Shown here one piece after another: positions 1-14,154 of a stretch of DNA of 64,000 nucleotides; the first letter of the stretch is position 1; each line of letters starts with the position of its first letter. The stretch lies in contig CT868019.1 of assembly GCA_000165425.1 (NCBI GenBank), positions 558,001 through 622,000 on the forward strand. Reading direction: 5' to 3'. This DNA comes from Paramecium tetraurelia (taxonomy: Eukaryota). The notes under the pieces were generated by a model that saw nothing but the letters and a program-made list of their open reading frames with translations, had not been told where the DNA came from and made no database searches. The position numbers and the translations under genes are program-made.

Positions 1-663
1 TACTTAACATATCAACCCTCTAAATATCTAAAAATTGTAAAATTTAATAAATTTGATTTTAATGAGAGAGAAAAATTCAAAAGAAAAGAAAAAAAAAAAA
101 TAAAATCTTAACTTGATCAATAATAGATTGAAGCAAGCATTAAAGACTTTCAAGAATTTCTATCCATATCATTTATAGAAGAATACAATACTCAAGTTCA
201 AACTTATTAGGTATCTGAAACTAGTGGCCAAGTTGAAACCACACCAGTAGAAGAATTGCGAGAAAAATCATAGAATTCTATATATAGAAATATTCAATAA
301 AACGGGTTAATTCAATAGAGCGGGATGGGTAGAAGAGGATCGAATACACCAATTTTGGATTATGAAAAAAGGAAATCCTTAGTTTTAGCTAAAAAAAAGT
401 TATCTTTTACAGAAGAAGAGAAAAGAAGAACATAAATTTATAGAGAAACTTTAATTTTTAAATAATTAGATCAATTTTAAGTCAAATAATAATTCTATGT
501 ATTGGAAGGATTTGATAAAATGCAAAATTATGTAGATTATTTACCACATAACAATGCTAATTAAGTGATCAGAAATTCTAACAAAGAGAAACCAAAAAGT
601 AAGTAAATTAAACCTTAAGTCTTTAAATTTTCTAATAGTTTTAGAGTGATGAAAAATATATGA
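1..663 (+). CDS. 3' end of a gene truncated by the window edge; probably the C-terminal tail of a ciliate CNBD/K+-channel family protein
   Basis: Frame 1 is open in code 6 to TGA 661-663. It contains FDKMQNYVDYLPHNNANQVIR, resembling the tail motif FDKICEFREYYPEYNISRVMK of the channel at 29.7-32.7 kb. Confidence 0.6.
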
Positions 664-1319
664 TTTTATATTTTAATTTAATTAAAATTTCAAAAATTAT
701 GAATTCCAGATAAAATTTTCATTTTGTCACATATATTTCGAGGCTCGAAGACATTATTTATTAAATCCGTTAACTGAAATTTTTATGAATTTTATATTCT
801 CATTTTATAAATTTTAACTAAATTATTTCTTTATTTTAATATTTTTTTATGCGAACTTTTGAAATGTTAATCTTATAAACTATCTGTTTATATCAATTAG
901 AAATTGTAAATATTTTGTTTTTTTGGATAAAATTTATATTAGTTTAATTAATAAATAATATTTCTATTTCAATAGTGAAATTTCAGTTTAATATTTTAAA
1001 AGTTAAATTTAGAAATGATTGTTCTAAATAATAATGGTAAGTTTTATTTTTATAATCATAATTTTAGATACAAACCATTAAAATCCTCATTTTTCCTTAG
1101 TGTTTGTTGTAATGAGTTTTTCATTTTTATTCTTTGTTAATAGATTACTCAATATTACTAATTACTCTTTCTTTATGTGCGAATTTTACATAGATTTCAG
1201 GTTTTATTGATTAATGGTTCATTTAAAATATTTGTTATAAAAATATCATAAAATTATTAAACTTTTGATGATCATATACTTAAATGAGAATGCTAAATAT
1301 TATTAAATGAATTTAGCAA

Positions 1320-2752
1320 TCAACTTAAAACAACTTTGTTCACTTGTTCTCGTTCTTTTATTGAGCTCGATTCAAATATTCTACCAATTTAGATATCAAA
1401 ATTAGGTAGCCTATTTACAAGCGGAGATGAGTCATGACAATCCTCAGTATCACACCTTTGTTTATAAATTTCATACAAAGATGAAAATTATTCATAAGCA
1501 GCCTTCAAAGTGATTCTGTCAGATGTATTCTTTTCCAATAGAGATTTCAAAAGATTCTATATAACTGCATAAAAATCTTACAATAATACTCAAAGAGAAA
1601 GCATTACATTTTTCTTGTTGCAAATTTAATTAACAAATTCTGTTGTTGTGGACTAGCTATTCCGTTGTGTCACCTTTAAAAGGCAATTCATTAAATAACC
1701 TAAAGAATGAATCAGTTAATTACAATAGATAAAGCATACAACCACTGCTAAAAATATCACAACTAAATGAGTAATAAGTGCATTAAGAATTAAGCACTTC
1801 AGGTGCTGCATATCCGGGTGTACCACATTTATATAAAAGATATCTGTTAATATTGGTGAAGGTTGCAAATCCAAAATCTATTATGGTAAGAGAATTGAAA
1901 TCATCTTCTTCTGCTAAAACTAAATTTTATGGTTTTATATCCCTGTGTATAATCTATATTTAATTGTCCATTTACTTCTAATTAGGATAGTTTGATTAAG
2001 GCTTCAAATAGCCGTTTCATAATTGAGAATATTTAAAACAAAGAAAAGGTTTTATTCATTCTTTTATTGTTTTCCAAATAATGAGACAACGAGTACCCTT
2101 CCAAATAATTCATGATGATTAAGTAGTATAAATCATCTTGATATAAATCCTGGATTTTCACAAAATAATTATATCCTTTTACTTTATTCATCACAGCTAT
2201 TTCTTGCTCTAAGATTGACTTTAGTAGAATATATATATAGTATACATAATTTAAAGGTGTTAAATCCTTTTTACTAATAAATTTAACAGCCAATTCATTT
2301 CCAGTCTATTTACATTAGATTTTTTTCACACTCCCTGAAGACCCTCTACTTATCTCACTTTTGACGTTAAATAATTCATCAAAATTAGCAAAACTGCATT
2401 TGCAGCTCAGAAAATTCTTCAGACTAACATTCATTTGATGATGTAATTACTTTAAAAGTCCATTAACGTCCTTACAAAGAAAATTCTTGAATTTTTTCTT
2501 GATGTTTATTGTGAACCCAATAATTTTAGGCAAATTACCTTCAATTTTGGTTATCCACTTAATTTGAGTCATGATTCTTATCAAAAGTTGAAATCTGAAA
2601 ATATAAACTCCTTGCTTCAGCTTTATAAATGAGGATGATTCTCATACCTTATAAAATAAAATTTTGTCTCCGTCATATGTTAATTCATAGGGGTGATCAA
2701 AAAATATATTTTTACTGTAAACTTATAAAGTGAGAATAGTTGCGTTATCCAT
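1320..2752 (-). CDS. Ser/Thr protein kinase (CaMK-like) with N-terminal extension
   Basis: SRGSSGSV, LAVKFI, IHRDIKPQNL, DFGFA, GTPGYAAPE; several tiny introns. 3' end approximate: first in-frame TGA near 1320 if no further intron. Confidence 0.9.
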
Positions 2753-3310
2753 TAATGAATAATTTTATTTATTTGTGAACTTTAGTTTTTGTAATTAAAT
2801 TAAAGTCATTAATTATTAAATACATAAACATTTCAGTAAAGAACACCCAGATTTTAGGAAATAAAATGTCAATTGATCAAAAAATCAATTATATATATTT
2901 AGATCTATATTTACTCAATCCATCTCTAGAATAATATAAAATCAATATTATCTTATATTCAATAGAACACACATATGTAGGAAGATTGTAACTTAAAAGT
3001 TTCTAAGTCGATTTAAAATTATTAGAGCCATGGCAGTCTATTGTTAGTCTTTGATTTTTGTAAAATGTATTTTTATACTTTATTATATAATATTCAACTT
3101 AAAATTTAATGTAAATACATAAGATTAACGATTTGGATTTATTGAATTACAATTTTAATTCGTCATATTCAATATTTTTTAAAATAATTATTTTTTATTG
3201 TTTTAATAATCTTTATAAGTTATTTATCATACTAAATAACTAAAATTTTTAATTATCATTTATAAAGATAGGAAAAACAAAAATAAATAGAAACATCAAA
3301 CGATACACTT

Positions 3311-3778
3311 TCATTTAACATTTGATTTAAGATCGAATCTCACCTTTTTTTTAATTACTTCTTTGTTTTAGGCTGAACCTTATTTTTGACAATATCTTAG
3401 TTCATGTTTGAGTATAGTTTTTTTTGTGTTGGTATCATCACAGTGAAGGGATTCAGCCGATTCTGATGATGATTCATTATTGTTTGGAATGCAATCTTAT
3501 AAGAATTGATGAGACTGTTGTATTGATTCAACTGCATCAACATCTCCATTAACTTCCTTTATTTCTTGATTTTCTCCTTCCAGTTTGTGCGGTTCATGGA
3601 TATATGTAACAGATGCTTCTTCTTTAAAATTTTCATCTTGCTATTGACATTTTTCTTTGTTTAATATATTTGCTGTTGTGCTACTTTTCTTTTACGAGAT
3701 ATTTGATGTATTAAATTAATTGAGATTTGTTAACTCATATGGTTTGTCATTATATTGCCTGCAGCAATTTGCACCCAT
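3311..3778 (-). CDS. Small predicted N-myristoylated/palmitoylated protein with PP1-docking-like motifs
   Basis: Intronless 155-aa ORF MGANCCR...KKTILKH...KKKVRFDLKSNVK*. Confidence 0.75.
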
Positions 3779-3805
3779 CAGTATTTTTAATTTATATATA
3801 ATAAA

Positions 3806-4330
3806 TCAATAATATAGATTAGCTTCTTGTATTTGATTCAACACAAGATGCACTTGATCAGCAAATTTATTTTATTGATTAATCAACTCCTTTTTAATTG
3901 CTGAAGTTTTAATCAAGACCTTTAGATATGTTTTCTTCATTTCATCAAGTTCCTCTATCTTTTTTTCTTTCTAAGCTTCCATCTCTCTAATTTTATATCT
4001 CTATTCCGTGAAGATTTCTAATAGTTAATCCAATTCCACCTTTTATTAATGCTATATTTGCTTATTTTCTTGCATTTCCTTTTACCAGATTTTCTCATCA
4101 TTTGTTTTTAAAGCTTCCTTTAGATCCTAGAACTTTACTCTTAACCATTCATAATCTTGTGCATCCAACTATAGCACTGATTATTCTTGAAATTCATTAA
4201 AAAATGCTCTAATTGGTTTTCGTTTCTTTTGCTCCTCTTGATCTAATTCCATATATCTCAACTTTACAACATCTAATTCTTCTTCTTCATCTTCTTAATT
4301 TTTATTTTTTTTTTATGTAAAACACTACAT
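3806..4330 (-). CDS. Hypothetical coiled-coil protein
   Basis: Open code-6 frame, E/K/Q-rich and helical, ending ANLYY-TGA; start may instead be ATG at 4252. Confidence 0.65.
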
Positions 4331-5271
4331 AGTATTAATATTTTATAAACTCAAATAAATTAAGTCTAATATATCAAGAATGCAATATCTCAATAGAAAT
4401 TGATTACCATTCCTTGACTAACCAATGCAAGCTTAATGGCTCATTAATATTCCATACAATTATCGTTTTGATAATTCCAGCATTTCATATATAATATATT
4501 CAATAATTACAATATATCCAGTTTTTATTAAATAAGATATATCACAATTAAGCATTATGTTAATATGATAATAGCTAGTTGTATAAAATCATAAAAGAAA
4601 ATAATTGAAATAACTCCCTCTGGATTATATTATTAGTTTACTTGATTCTTATATTGAAATTAATATTAAAGGTTTCTTTTTTAAAGTTTCTATTATAAAA
4701 TTCAATAATATTAATAATTCAGTTCAGTTTAATTTATTTATTCAACTAATAAACTTTATATTCATCAATTTATCATTAGAAAATAAATTATAATACACTA
4801 CAGTAATTTTCAATAAAATAAGTTTTTTCTTATGTGTTTAAGTGATTCTCAGTATTAATACGTCCCACAATATATGCGATGATAATATTTGACTAAAAAT
4901 CGAGCTCTTGAATAAAATATAAATTCATGGAATATCTCATGTATTTTTATAAAATAAAGAGAGCATATGGCTTGAAAATTAATTTGAATGACTGAATTTA
5001 ATGAATGGTTGTACATAAATTGGGAATAGTCTTGAATCGAGTGATAATTGGAGAATTCATGAAATTTATATGAATTTATACAGAATAGAACAAGAAAGAA
5101 TGGATTTTTGATGTGTGAAGAGGATTTAATTGACCGTATTAGTGTTATTGAAGGAATATAGAATCTAATTTAAAATAAATTTAATTAAATATATAATTGA
5201 TTAAGGAAATAAACCGAAAACTCATTTTTTAAAGCCAAAACATTCTAGGATTCAATATTATAAATATAGCA

Positions 5272-5960
5272 ATGTAAAATCAGAATTTCATGCCTGTTCT
5301 TATTTACTCTTAACCTGGAGCATATCCCCAATATTATCCCATGTACTACATGTCATATATGCCTAACTATTTGATATAACCTCAATACCAAAGCTCTTAA
5401 GAACCTGAAATAAAACAAATAATCTCAAAATCCAGTGATTAAAGTTCTTTTTCTAACCATAACTTTGATTCAAACAATCTATTAAACTCTGAATTGATAA
5501 AACAAAATAAAAATGAAACCGCAGTTGAAAATAATGAAGAAAATTACACTAATACAGAATCAAATAAACCGAAATAAAAAACTGGAAAAAAGAAGATTAA
5601 TCTCTTACAAAAATCTACAAATATTTAAAAAAACTATGCTAAGGCAATCGTCTCTTATGCTTGCGGATAGAGAGTTCTAATTATAAACACTTTGGGAAAG
5701 AAGAAAGGAATCGAGTTCTTGAAAATAATTAACTAACTCAAAAATAAGTTGAAGAACATAAATCACATAAAGAACTACACCTAGAAGGAATCTTTCTTGA
5801 GTATGTTTAGAATATTGGGGTAAAGCTTATGTCTAATATTTTTAGGAATAAATTTTTAAAGAATGAAGCCATTAGTTATATCTATCATTCCAATATCTAA
5901 TAGAAGAGTTGCCATCTTAAAAACTTGAAGATGATTGAGCAAAACTTATTGAAGTGCTGA
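5272..5960 (+). CDS. Hypothetical ciliate-family protein (P/Y/M-rich N-terminus, STNIQKNYAKAIVSY domain)
   Basis: ATG 5272, one intron near 5820-5845, TGA 5958-5960; basic KPKQKTGKKK stretch. Confidence 0.7.
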
Positions 5961-6059
5961 TCGAGTTATATGATATATATATTTATTTATTATTAATTTT
6001 GGTAGTAATTAATACATTAAACTCATTTAATATTATAAACATAGAATAATTAAAAATAA

Positions 6060-8991
6060 ATGAAAACCGGAAGTATTTTTAATCCCAGAAGTGTTCTTGA
6101 TCTGACTTACAAAATAACAGCAATGGATGCCTTCTAAAATTTCTTATTTACTGGAGACGAAAAAGGAAACATTTACAGGTAATAAAATGCAGAATATCAG
6201 ATTAGGTATAATTTGACTCTGGAATCAGTAAATGTATTGGCACCTAATTCAATTCAATAACAATAATTCACTAAAGCAAAGATTGATCAAATTAAAATCT
6301 TCCCTCATGCAAATGCCAATCTTTTAGTCTTATCAGATTAGGCTCTCTATTGTATAGAAGCAGCAACATTAAGAGGGGAGGTGATATATAAGGAGAAGGT
6401 AGCCATTTTTGCATTAAATGAATTCTCAAAAAGTAATTAATTGGAACTAGTTATGATCACTAAAAAGAAAGAAGGATATATTATGCAATACAATTTAAAG
6501 ACAGGAAAATTTGAATAAATGAGAGAAAAGTTCATTCTATCTGACATTCCAATTACAGTTGCTTTCATAGGTAATTTGTTTTTCTTTGGAATTCAGAAGA
6601 AAAATTACTCAGTCATAAATCTAGATGACAAGTAATTGTAAGTAGCTAATTTATTAATGGACATTGGTTCTAATCCATATTTAAAAGCAACAGACAACGA
6701 TGAAATCCTTATTATTACTACAAACAATGTTGGCATTTTTATAGGTAAAGATGGTTAAATGAAATAAAAAAGTACTATCTTAATTCAGAATAAAACTATA
6801 TCACTTATCACAACATTTAAGCAATACCTAATAGTGATCTTTGATAACTTGTTACAAGTATTTAATTTGAGTGACTCCAAACATATGAGTGATATTCAAT
6901 TATCATAGGCTGCCAGATGTATCACTTAGACATCAAACCATCTATTCTATGGTAGTGCTGCTGAAGTATATTATTCATTTCAAATAGATAATTTATTTGT
7001 ATCAAACTCCTGCTGAATAATAAATATCTGAGTTACTAAAAAATGGAAGAGTTGAAGATGCTCTATAAGTCTATTCATAAAATAATCAAGCTGCTGATCC
7101 TTCAAAAAATTAACAATTGGAACAATTGAAATTGGATTGTGGATGGTCATTAGTTAGACAAATGCAATTTTCAAATTCTCTCAATTACATTTTATAAACT
7201 AACTTCGAACCTAGAGATTTCATTTGTTTGTTTCCTGACTATTATCCTGCAGCTGAAAAGTTATAATCAGTGAATCCAAATCCATCATTACAAACCATCT
7301 CATTAATTATAAATAAATTTGTATAGGAATCCAGAGGAGATCCAACACAAATTCAAGAACTCAAATTTCAAGCTAAAGAGTTTTTAGTTGAAATTTTGGA
7401 AAAAAAGAGAGCTGTTCTAACTTCACCTTAATATGCGTACTCTATGAAGGATAAGCTTAACTTGTTGACGACAACTTTAAATTTTAATTAAAATTAATGG
7501 CAACCTATCCCTTGTGAGTAATTGTTGGAATTAATAGATTTTGCTTTAATTAAATTATACTTAGAATCTTCTCAATATTTTCCAAAATTAAAGGCATTTT
7601 TTACTAGCAATCAAATCTATTGTATCTAAATGTACAATCAATTATAAGGATTGTTTTAAAATAACAGAGGAATCGAATAATAATAAGGTATCTTAGCTAG
7701 ATTCTATGAATCATTTAATAAAATTGATCAGTCTCTTGAGATTTGGAAGAAAGTTGGAAGAGAATCAATACATATACAAGAACAACAGGAAGCCTGTGAA
7801 GAAACAACAAGAATTCTAAAGTAGAACCCAGAAAAGAATAGGATCTTTAAATTTATAGTATGGGTCTTTAAAAAACAATTTAAAGTTGGGGTTCAAATAT
7901 TTCAAATTAGTGACTAAATTATCACACCTGATCAGATGTTGAAATTTTTAGAAGAATAAGAATTGGACGCTGAATTAAAAAGGAAATTGAAAGAAAAATA
8001 TTTAGAAATTTTAGTTTTAGAAAAACAAACTGAAGAAGAAAGATTTCATACTCAATTAGCATATTCTTATATTGATTCTTTGTTTTAATAATACCCTAAA
8101 GAAATGGATTTCTCAAAAATAGATTTAAGAAAAAACTAGGTTGTTAGTGATTAATATCAAGCATTGAAAAGGTTTTTGAAAAATCCTAATGCCAAATACA
8201 ACTCCTCTAGTATTTTAGAAAAAAAAGTGAAGGATTCTTGGATGATAAATGAAGTCATTTTATTGTATGGAAGGGAGAAAAAACATGAAGAAGCACTTAA
8301 TTAACTTTTGAGTCTTGGATTCTATGAATGGGCTGAAAAGTATTGTTGTGATTATACTGATAATCTATTGACAAAACTATTTAAAAAAGTATTTAGTCTA
8401 ATATAAAGTCTTAATCTAGTATAAAGAACTTTATTTTTATTTGGAAGGGAAATAAAAAGAAAGACCAACAGATTAACAAGCGTAAAATGCATTTAATTAA
8501 ATTAAAGTATTAATAATGTGTTATATTAAAAAAGACTACTATTAACAGTTTCTTAAAAAAATTTGCAACTCACTCTTAGCTTAATGTTCTGGAGGTCTTA
8601 GATCTGATTCCTGATAATTGGATACTGTCTGATTAAAGTGAAGATGATGGACTGTTTTAATTTCTGAAAAGTGTAATAAGTAAACTTTAAGGTGAGACTT
8701 AGGTCATACGTTACATTAGAAAAGGTCAACTAAAGCAGCATATCAGTTATCTTAAGTGGACTTGTTGTATGTGTAATGTCAAGTTGCTACAACTAAATAA
8801 TCGAATGTGAGAATGACAAGTGAAAAGTAATGTTCTGTTTGCAGTAAAACAATTGGAGAAAAAGTATATAATTAATTAAATAGGTTTTTGTGGTATATCC
8901 GAATTCTGTGTTAGCACATCACACTTGCATAAAAAGTAATACGATTTGTCCTTAAACGGGAAGAGATTTTGAGAAATATTTTAAGTTCTGA
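6060..8991 (+). CDS. VPS39: Vps39/Vam6 (TGFBRAP1)-like HOPS/CORVET subunit
   Basis: N-terminal CNH-like region (LFTGDEKGNIY), clathrin-repeat-like segment (RFHTQLAYSYID; LYGREKKHEEAL), C-terminal CSVCSKTIGEK..VYPNSVLAHHTC; about 6 tiny introns. Confidence 0.85.
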
Positions 8992-9233
8992 TTAATTAAT
9001 TAGATCATTCAGTCTTTTTTTCATTATTATTATCATTTAGTATGCTTAATTATAATTTATAATATTTAATGGAAAGTATTGGAGGAATAAAGTTATAGAA
9101 AACAGAAAGATCAGAGGAATTTCTTTTAAGGAGATGATGTAGTTTTAATGATTTGTAAAACTCCGTTATTTTGATATATTTTAATAATACAAGCTAATTA
9201 TAAGAGCTATTGATAATATTTATTATTTGATAA

Positions 9234-11695
9234 ATGAAAGTTATTTAAAGATTTGTAGTGATGCTATATTAGATCAACGGACTAGGATTTTCTATTTATT
9301 ACTATTCAACAAGTTCAGAAAATAGCAATTTGGCCTATTTGATTCTACAATCTATTCTTGGCTTGATCCTGTTATATATTTAAACCAAAAATCAGAGAAT
9401 CTAATATATAGGAAATATTATAATAATTCAATTTAGTCTTTTTTGGTAAGTCATAACGAATCAGAGGAATATTTAATATAACAGTGAGGCCTAGGTAATA
9501 ATAGCTCATTTTTTAACAACCTAATTATTCCAGGATTTTAGGAGATTTCAAGAGTAATAAGTTCAAATAAGGTATCGACTAATTTGGTTCCTATTACTAC
9601 TACAGTCTACTTTTTTTTAAATTCTTTACATTTCCCAAACTTCTGAAATAGACTTATGTTACTGTTAAGGAATTATTTGCCTATTACTTTCATTTGTAAT
9701 TAATTACACAATTAGTATAAGAAAGCCAACAATGATGTAAAGTAAAGCAAATGAGTCATTCTAGCACATAAATTGTACTCAAATGATCAAAAGAAAAGAG
9801 AGAGCGTTATCATTGGCTGAATCAGAAAAGATATCGCCAAAAAGTAATTAATCTCCACGTTTTCAATTGATCCCAGAGTTATCCTTTATTGATTAGTTCT
9901 TAAATTCGAATATATTAGATGTAAAGCTGTAATATTCCCATGAAGGTTTGCTTGGGCTGCGATTGAAGTAAAATAACAATTAGGATATGGAAATCGTTTA
10001 TTCTAATATAGCTTCAAGGGCATTATTATCTGTGAATTCATAGAAAGAAATAGTAGAAGTTCTAAATTCCTTTACTAATTTAAATTATATATACCATCAA
10101 AATCATGATGATTACGAACTTCATTTGAAACATTCAAAACAATTGTATACTAAAAGTATGGCTTTTCTTAAGAGTGACCACATAAATCAATCACCTCATA
10201 ACCAAGAAGTGATATACTTGTTCTAAACACATTCAGATAAAAATTAAGCCCCTAATCTTAAAGACATATTTGATAAATTCAAATCTGATTCTTTTAATGA
10301 ATCTTTTATCATTCATGTCTTGTTCCCCATTAATAGTGTTACCATGTCTTAAAGTGAAAAGCAAGTTGAAAAGTTGTTGGAATTAACACTCATCAAAAAA
10401 CATGTGAATTTGTATTTCATGCTGATTAGAGATATTACGCATAAACAGAAAATTAGATATTTGAAAGAATACGATATGCAGAAATCTAAAATGCTCTCGT
10501 ATGTCAGTCATGAGTATAGATCACCTCTAAATTGTATAATCTAAATGATAGAAGATGCACTTCATTCTAATTAATTGTCAAATGATTTGATTGAAATCTT
10601 GTAGGCTGCTTTGGATAACTCAAACTATATTTTGAATCTATCTAATGATCTGCTAGATTTGGCATAAATCAAAAATGGTAAATTTGCTATTTAGAGATCA
10701 AAATTCAATTTGATCTAATTAATAAAGGAAGTATTAAAGTTATTTGAATTGAAAGCTAAAATAACAAACATCAATTTATCCTTGTCATTTGATAATACAC
10801 TCTCCTCTGTTATTGTTTCTGACAGAAATAGAATCAAATAAATCTTAGTTAATTTGGTTAGCAATAGTTTTAAATTTGCCTCCAGCAAAATAATCATCTC
10901 AGTTACTTCCATCAATTCTACCTCATTAAGAATTGGAGTTCAAGATGATGGCATAGGAATTTCTGAAGAAGATTAAAAAAAGTTATTTAAATCATTTTCT
11001 AAGGTCAATTCGGAAGAAAGCGCCAAACGCAATGAACAAGGTGTAGGACTTGGTTTAGTAATCAGCAATTAAATAGCCATATCCATTGGTTGTGGAGGTC
11101 TATAAATAGATTCTAAGCAAAATCAAGGGACTTATTTTTATTTTGATTTGCATATTCAAACCACCAGATTAAAGAAAGTCTCCAGCTTTAGGATTAAGGA
11201 GATCTCTGCATCGTTTTAAGAAGTTGATGAAGGACAAACGTTTCATGCTGAAGACAATATGAAAATTGATATAGAACCCCCGCTTTTAAGATGTAAACAC
11301 ATGTTACTAGTTGATGATGAAGTCTTTAATATTTTTACTTTTACAAAGATATTAAACAAAAAGTATTCTTTTAATTAACATTTAGAAATATAACAGATAT
11401 TGACTCTGCTTCTAATGGCAATGAGTGTATCTAAAAGGTTAAAAACAAGAAGTGTTCAACTTTCTGTACAGGATACAGAATCATTTTTATGGATCTCGAG
11501 ATGCCAATTTTAAATGGTTTAAATGCCGCTAAATAATTACTGCAATTAAATCCTAATCAAACTATTGTTGCCTGTTCTGGTTATATTGACAATTTTGAAA
11601 AAGAGAACTGTTTGAAAATTGGAATGATTGATTATTTAGTGAAGCCAATTAGAGATCAGGAGCTCACTTTTGTTCTCAATGCCTATTATTTTTGA
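9234..11695 (+). CDS. Multi-pass membrane hybrid histidine kinase (HisKA + HATPase + receiver)
   Basis: H-box KMLSYVSHEYRSPLN; N-box RIKQILVNLVSNSFKF; G1 DDGIGI; G2 GVGLGL; receiver LLVDDE..IFMDLEMP..KPI; hydrophobic N-terminal segments. Confidence 0.92.
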
Positions 11696-12250
11696 ACTTT
11701 TCTTTTATTTTTATATTTTCTATTTATAAAAGTTTATTTATTTAGTAATTATTTATAATCCTTAATGTAATTAATTATAAACAAAGCATTGTCTTTAATA
11801 TTTACATTATATAAATTATCTCTATTTTGAAATACCAATTAATTTCTAAAAAAGAATATTATGTCATCTATAATTAATACCATTTTTATGTATTTATTAT
11901 AATTGTAATCTATTATATGTATGTTAATTAGATAATATATTATTTAAAATAAAGGATATTGCTAGATTCAAAGTGCTTTAAATATTTCCATAATGAAACA
12001 GCATTCAATACAATAAATCCATTGTAAAATCAATGAGAATAACAAAATTAAAAGAAAGAAATTATATAAAAAATAAATTATAATTAATTATATAATAAAA
12101 AGATTGATTTTTGTTAAAATCTTATAATTTTATAATTATAATTTTTAAAGCATCTAGAGAAAATACGTATTATTATAAAATGATTATGTATATATGCCTC
12201 TGTGGTAAAACTAGAGAATATTTGTTTGAATAAATAATGATTATCCATAA

Positions 12251-14099
12251 ATGCCAATGTGCTAATTCTTGATATCTTCCTGATTGAAGGTTATTTCCTA
12301 GTTGGAATCCCCATTCTTGTCATCAAGAGTAATAGAATCAATTGATGAATGAAAATATTATAATCTAAGATGATTATTAAATAACTGCTGAAGGAAACTT
12401 CTCTATCTCTTATCAAGGTTTGCCAGGATATAGAGAATTATACTTAATTTTTGATGCTAAAACAAATAAGAGTCAAAGTGGTATATTGATAATAGTAAAT
12501 GGAATTAGAAGAGGTGTAATTTAGTTATCAGGAGAGTATACTCAATTTCATCTGTAATTTTAACACCAAGCTCAAGATGTAGTGATTTAGATTAGATTTG
12601 AAAAATACACCAAAGTAGAAATAAAAAACTTTAATGTGTTTATTTAAGAATGCCAAAAGGGTTGTAAATATTGTCTATCAGGCTCATGTGATCTTGAGTT
12701 ATTTGAGAACTGTAATAAATTGAGATACAAGGACTAATGTTTAGAAGAATGTCCTCAAGGTACCATAGCTGAATATAACTCATGTGTACAAGCAAGTAAT
12801 ATATTTGTCTAAGGTTTAGAGTTAACTGAGATTGAATAAGTGAAAACATTTTTGTAGGAGGAACTTAATACAATTAAGAAATTTGGAGGGGAGAAATAAG
12901 TCAAATTAAATTTTGAAACTGATTTTAATGGATATTTGGAAATTGTGTTTAATTGTTATAGTAAATAAGAGAGAAATGAAGACCAACTTATAAAAATAGA
13001 TTTGATGAATGGTAATTCTCAAGTATTGTATCCATCTCTATTTACTTATTGGAATTTACAATTCAAAAAATAATGTAAGTCTAGGTTCGAAATGGATTGT
13101 GTTTAAGTAAAGGGGTTATTTGAGATAGATTTTCTTAAATAAAATTAAGTTAATATAAATAGTTATTCAAAAAAGATAGAATAAACTGGATTTTGGGAAA
13201 TCGAGAGTCTTAAGATTTATAATGTGGAACAGAGATCTTACGAATGTGAAATAAAGAATTGTAGTTAATGTTCATATCATAATTAATGTGCAAAGTGTGC
13301 TGAAGGATTTTATGTTTATTAAAATAAATGCATAAAGAAATGTCCTTTTTATACAGTAAGAGATGAAAGTAAATGCATAAATTTAGATGAAAAGCATAGA
13401 GGTATGAAAGTAAGTAACCTGTAGATCTAAACATATTAGTGATGTTAGTATCACCATTCCAGGATATAAAAGAGATCTTTGGTTAAATATCTTATGATTT
13501 GAACGAGAAGATTAGTTTAAGATATGAGAATGAAACAACGTTTATAGGAGGAGGGTTATTGGACCAATGGCGACGCACGACATATTAGAAGTAAATGAAT
13601 TTGGGGAAACACTATGCAATTAGAATCATGTTCAATATATCTATAGAGAATTCAAGTATAGAATTGGACAGTTTTTTTTATTCGATTGATGGTAGAACCT
13701 TTAATGTTTATAAAAATACAAGTTATGTTGATCATACAATCAATCATAATAAAAACATCCTAAACCTAAATTTAGGATGTAAAATCTCGAGTAATGGTAG
13801 ATGTGTGATTTCAAATTACTCTTTTATGACTATGAAAGTAATAGTGTTTTTAGATATTTCTCTAGTGTTCTCCACTTTGTCAGAGTTGTACAGGTCCATC
13901 TTAATCTGATTGTAAAGTTTATTAGTCTAATATTGAAAAATTCGATTATCAGAACCATTAGTGTTAAGATGGATACTACTTGAGTGAAAAAGGGTGCCAA
14001 GTCTGTTCGCAAGGTTGCTTAATATGTTAGTCTTTGAATAAATGTCTCAAATGTTAGGATACGCGGGAGGCTGAGTTTATTTGTAAACCGAATCTTTGA
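12251..14099 (+). CDS. Cys-rich (furin-like repeat) surface-protein family member with no membrane anchor; 5' end uncertain
   Basis: Frame open from about 12290 with introns; three beta-rich modules separated by CxxxCxxC..CP linkers; ends FICKPNL-TGA. Two TGAs at 12270 and 12285 interrupt the frame from ATG 12180. Confidence 0.7.
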
Positions 14100-14154
14100 C
14101 TATGTCCTCTTAATTTAATATTGTTTATTTGTTTTTATAAAATTTATTTCGTAA

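Noticed and set aside
9069..9233. Upstream ATG 9069 as the histidine kinase start
   Set aside because: The frames tested hit TGA before 9234; ATG 9234 opens the continuous frame.
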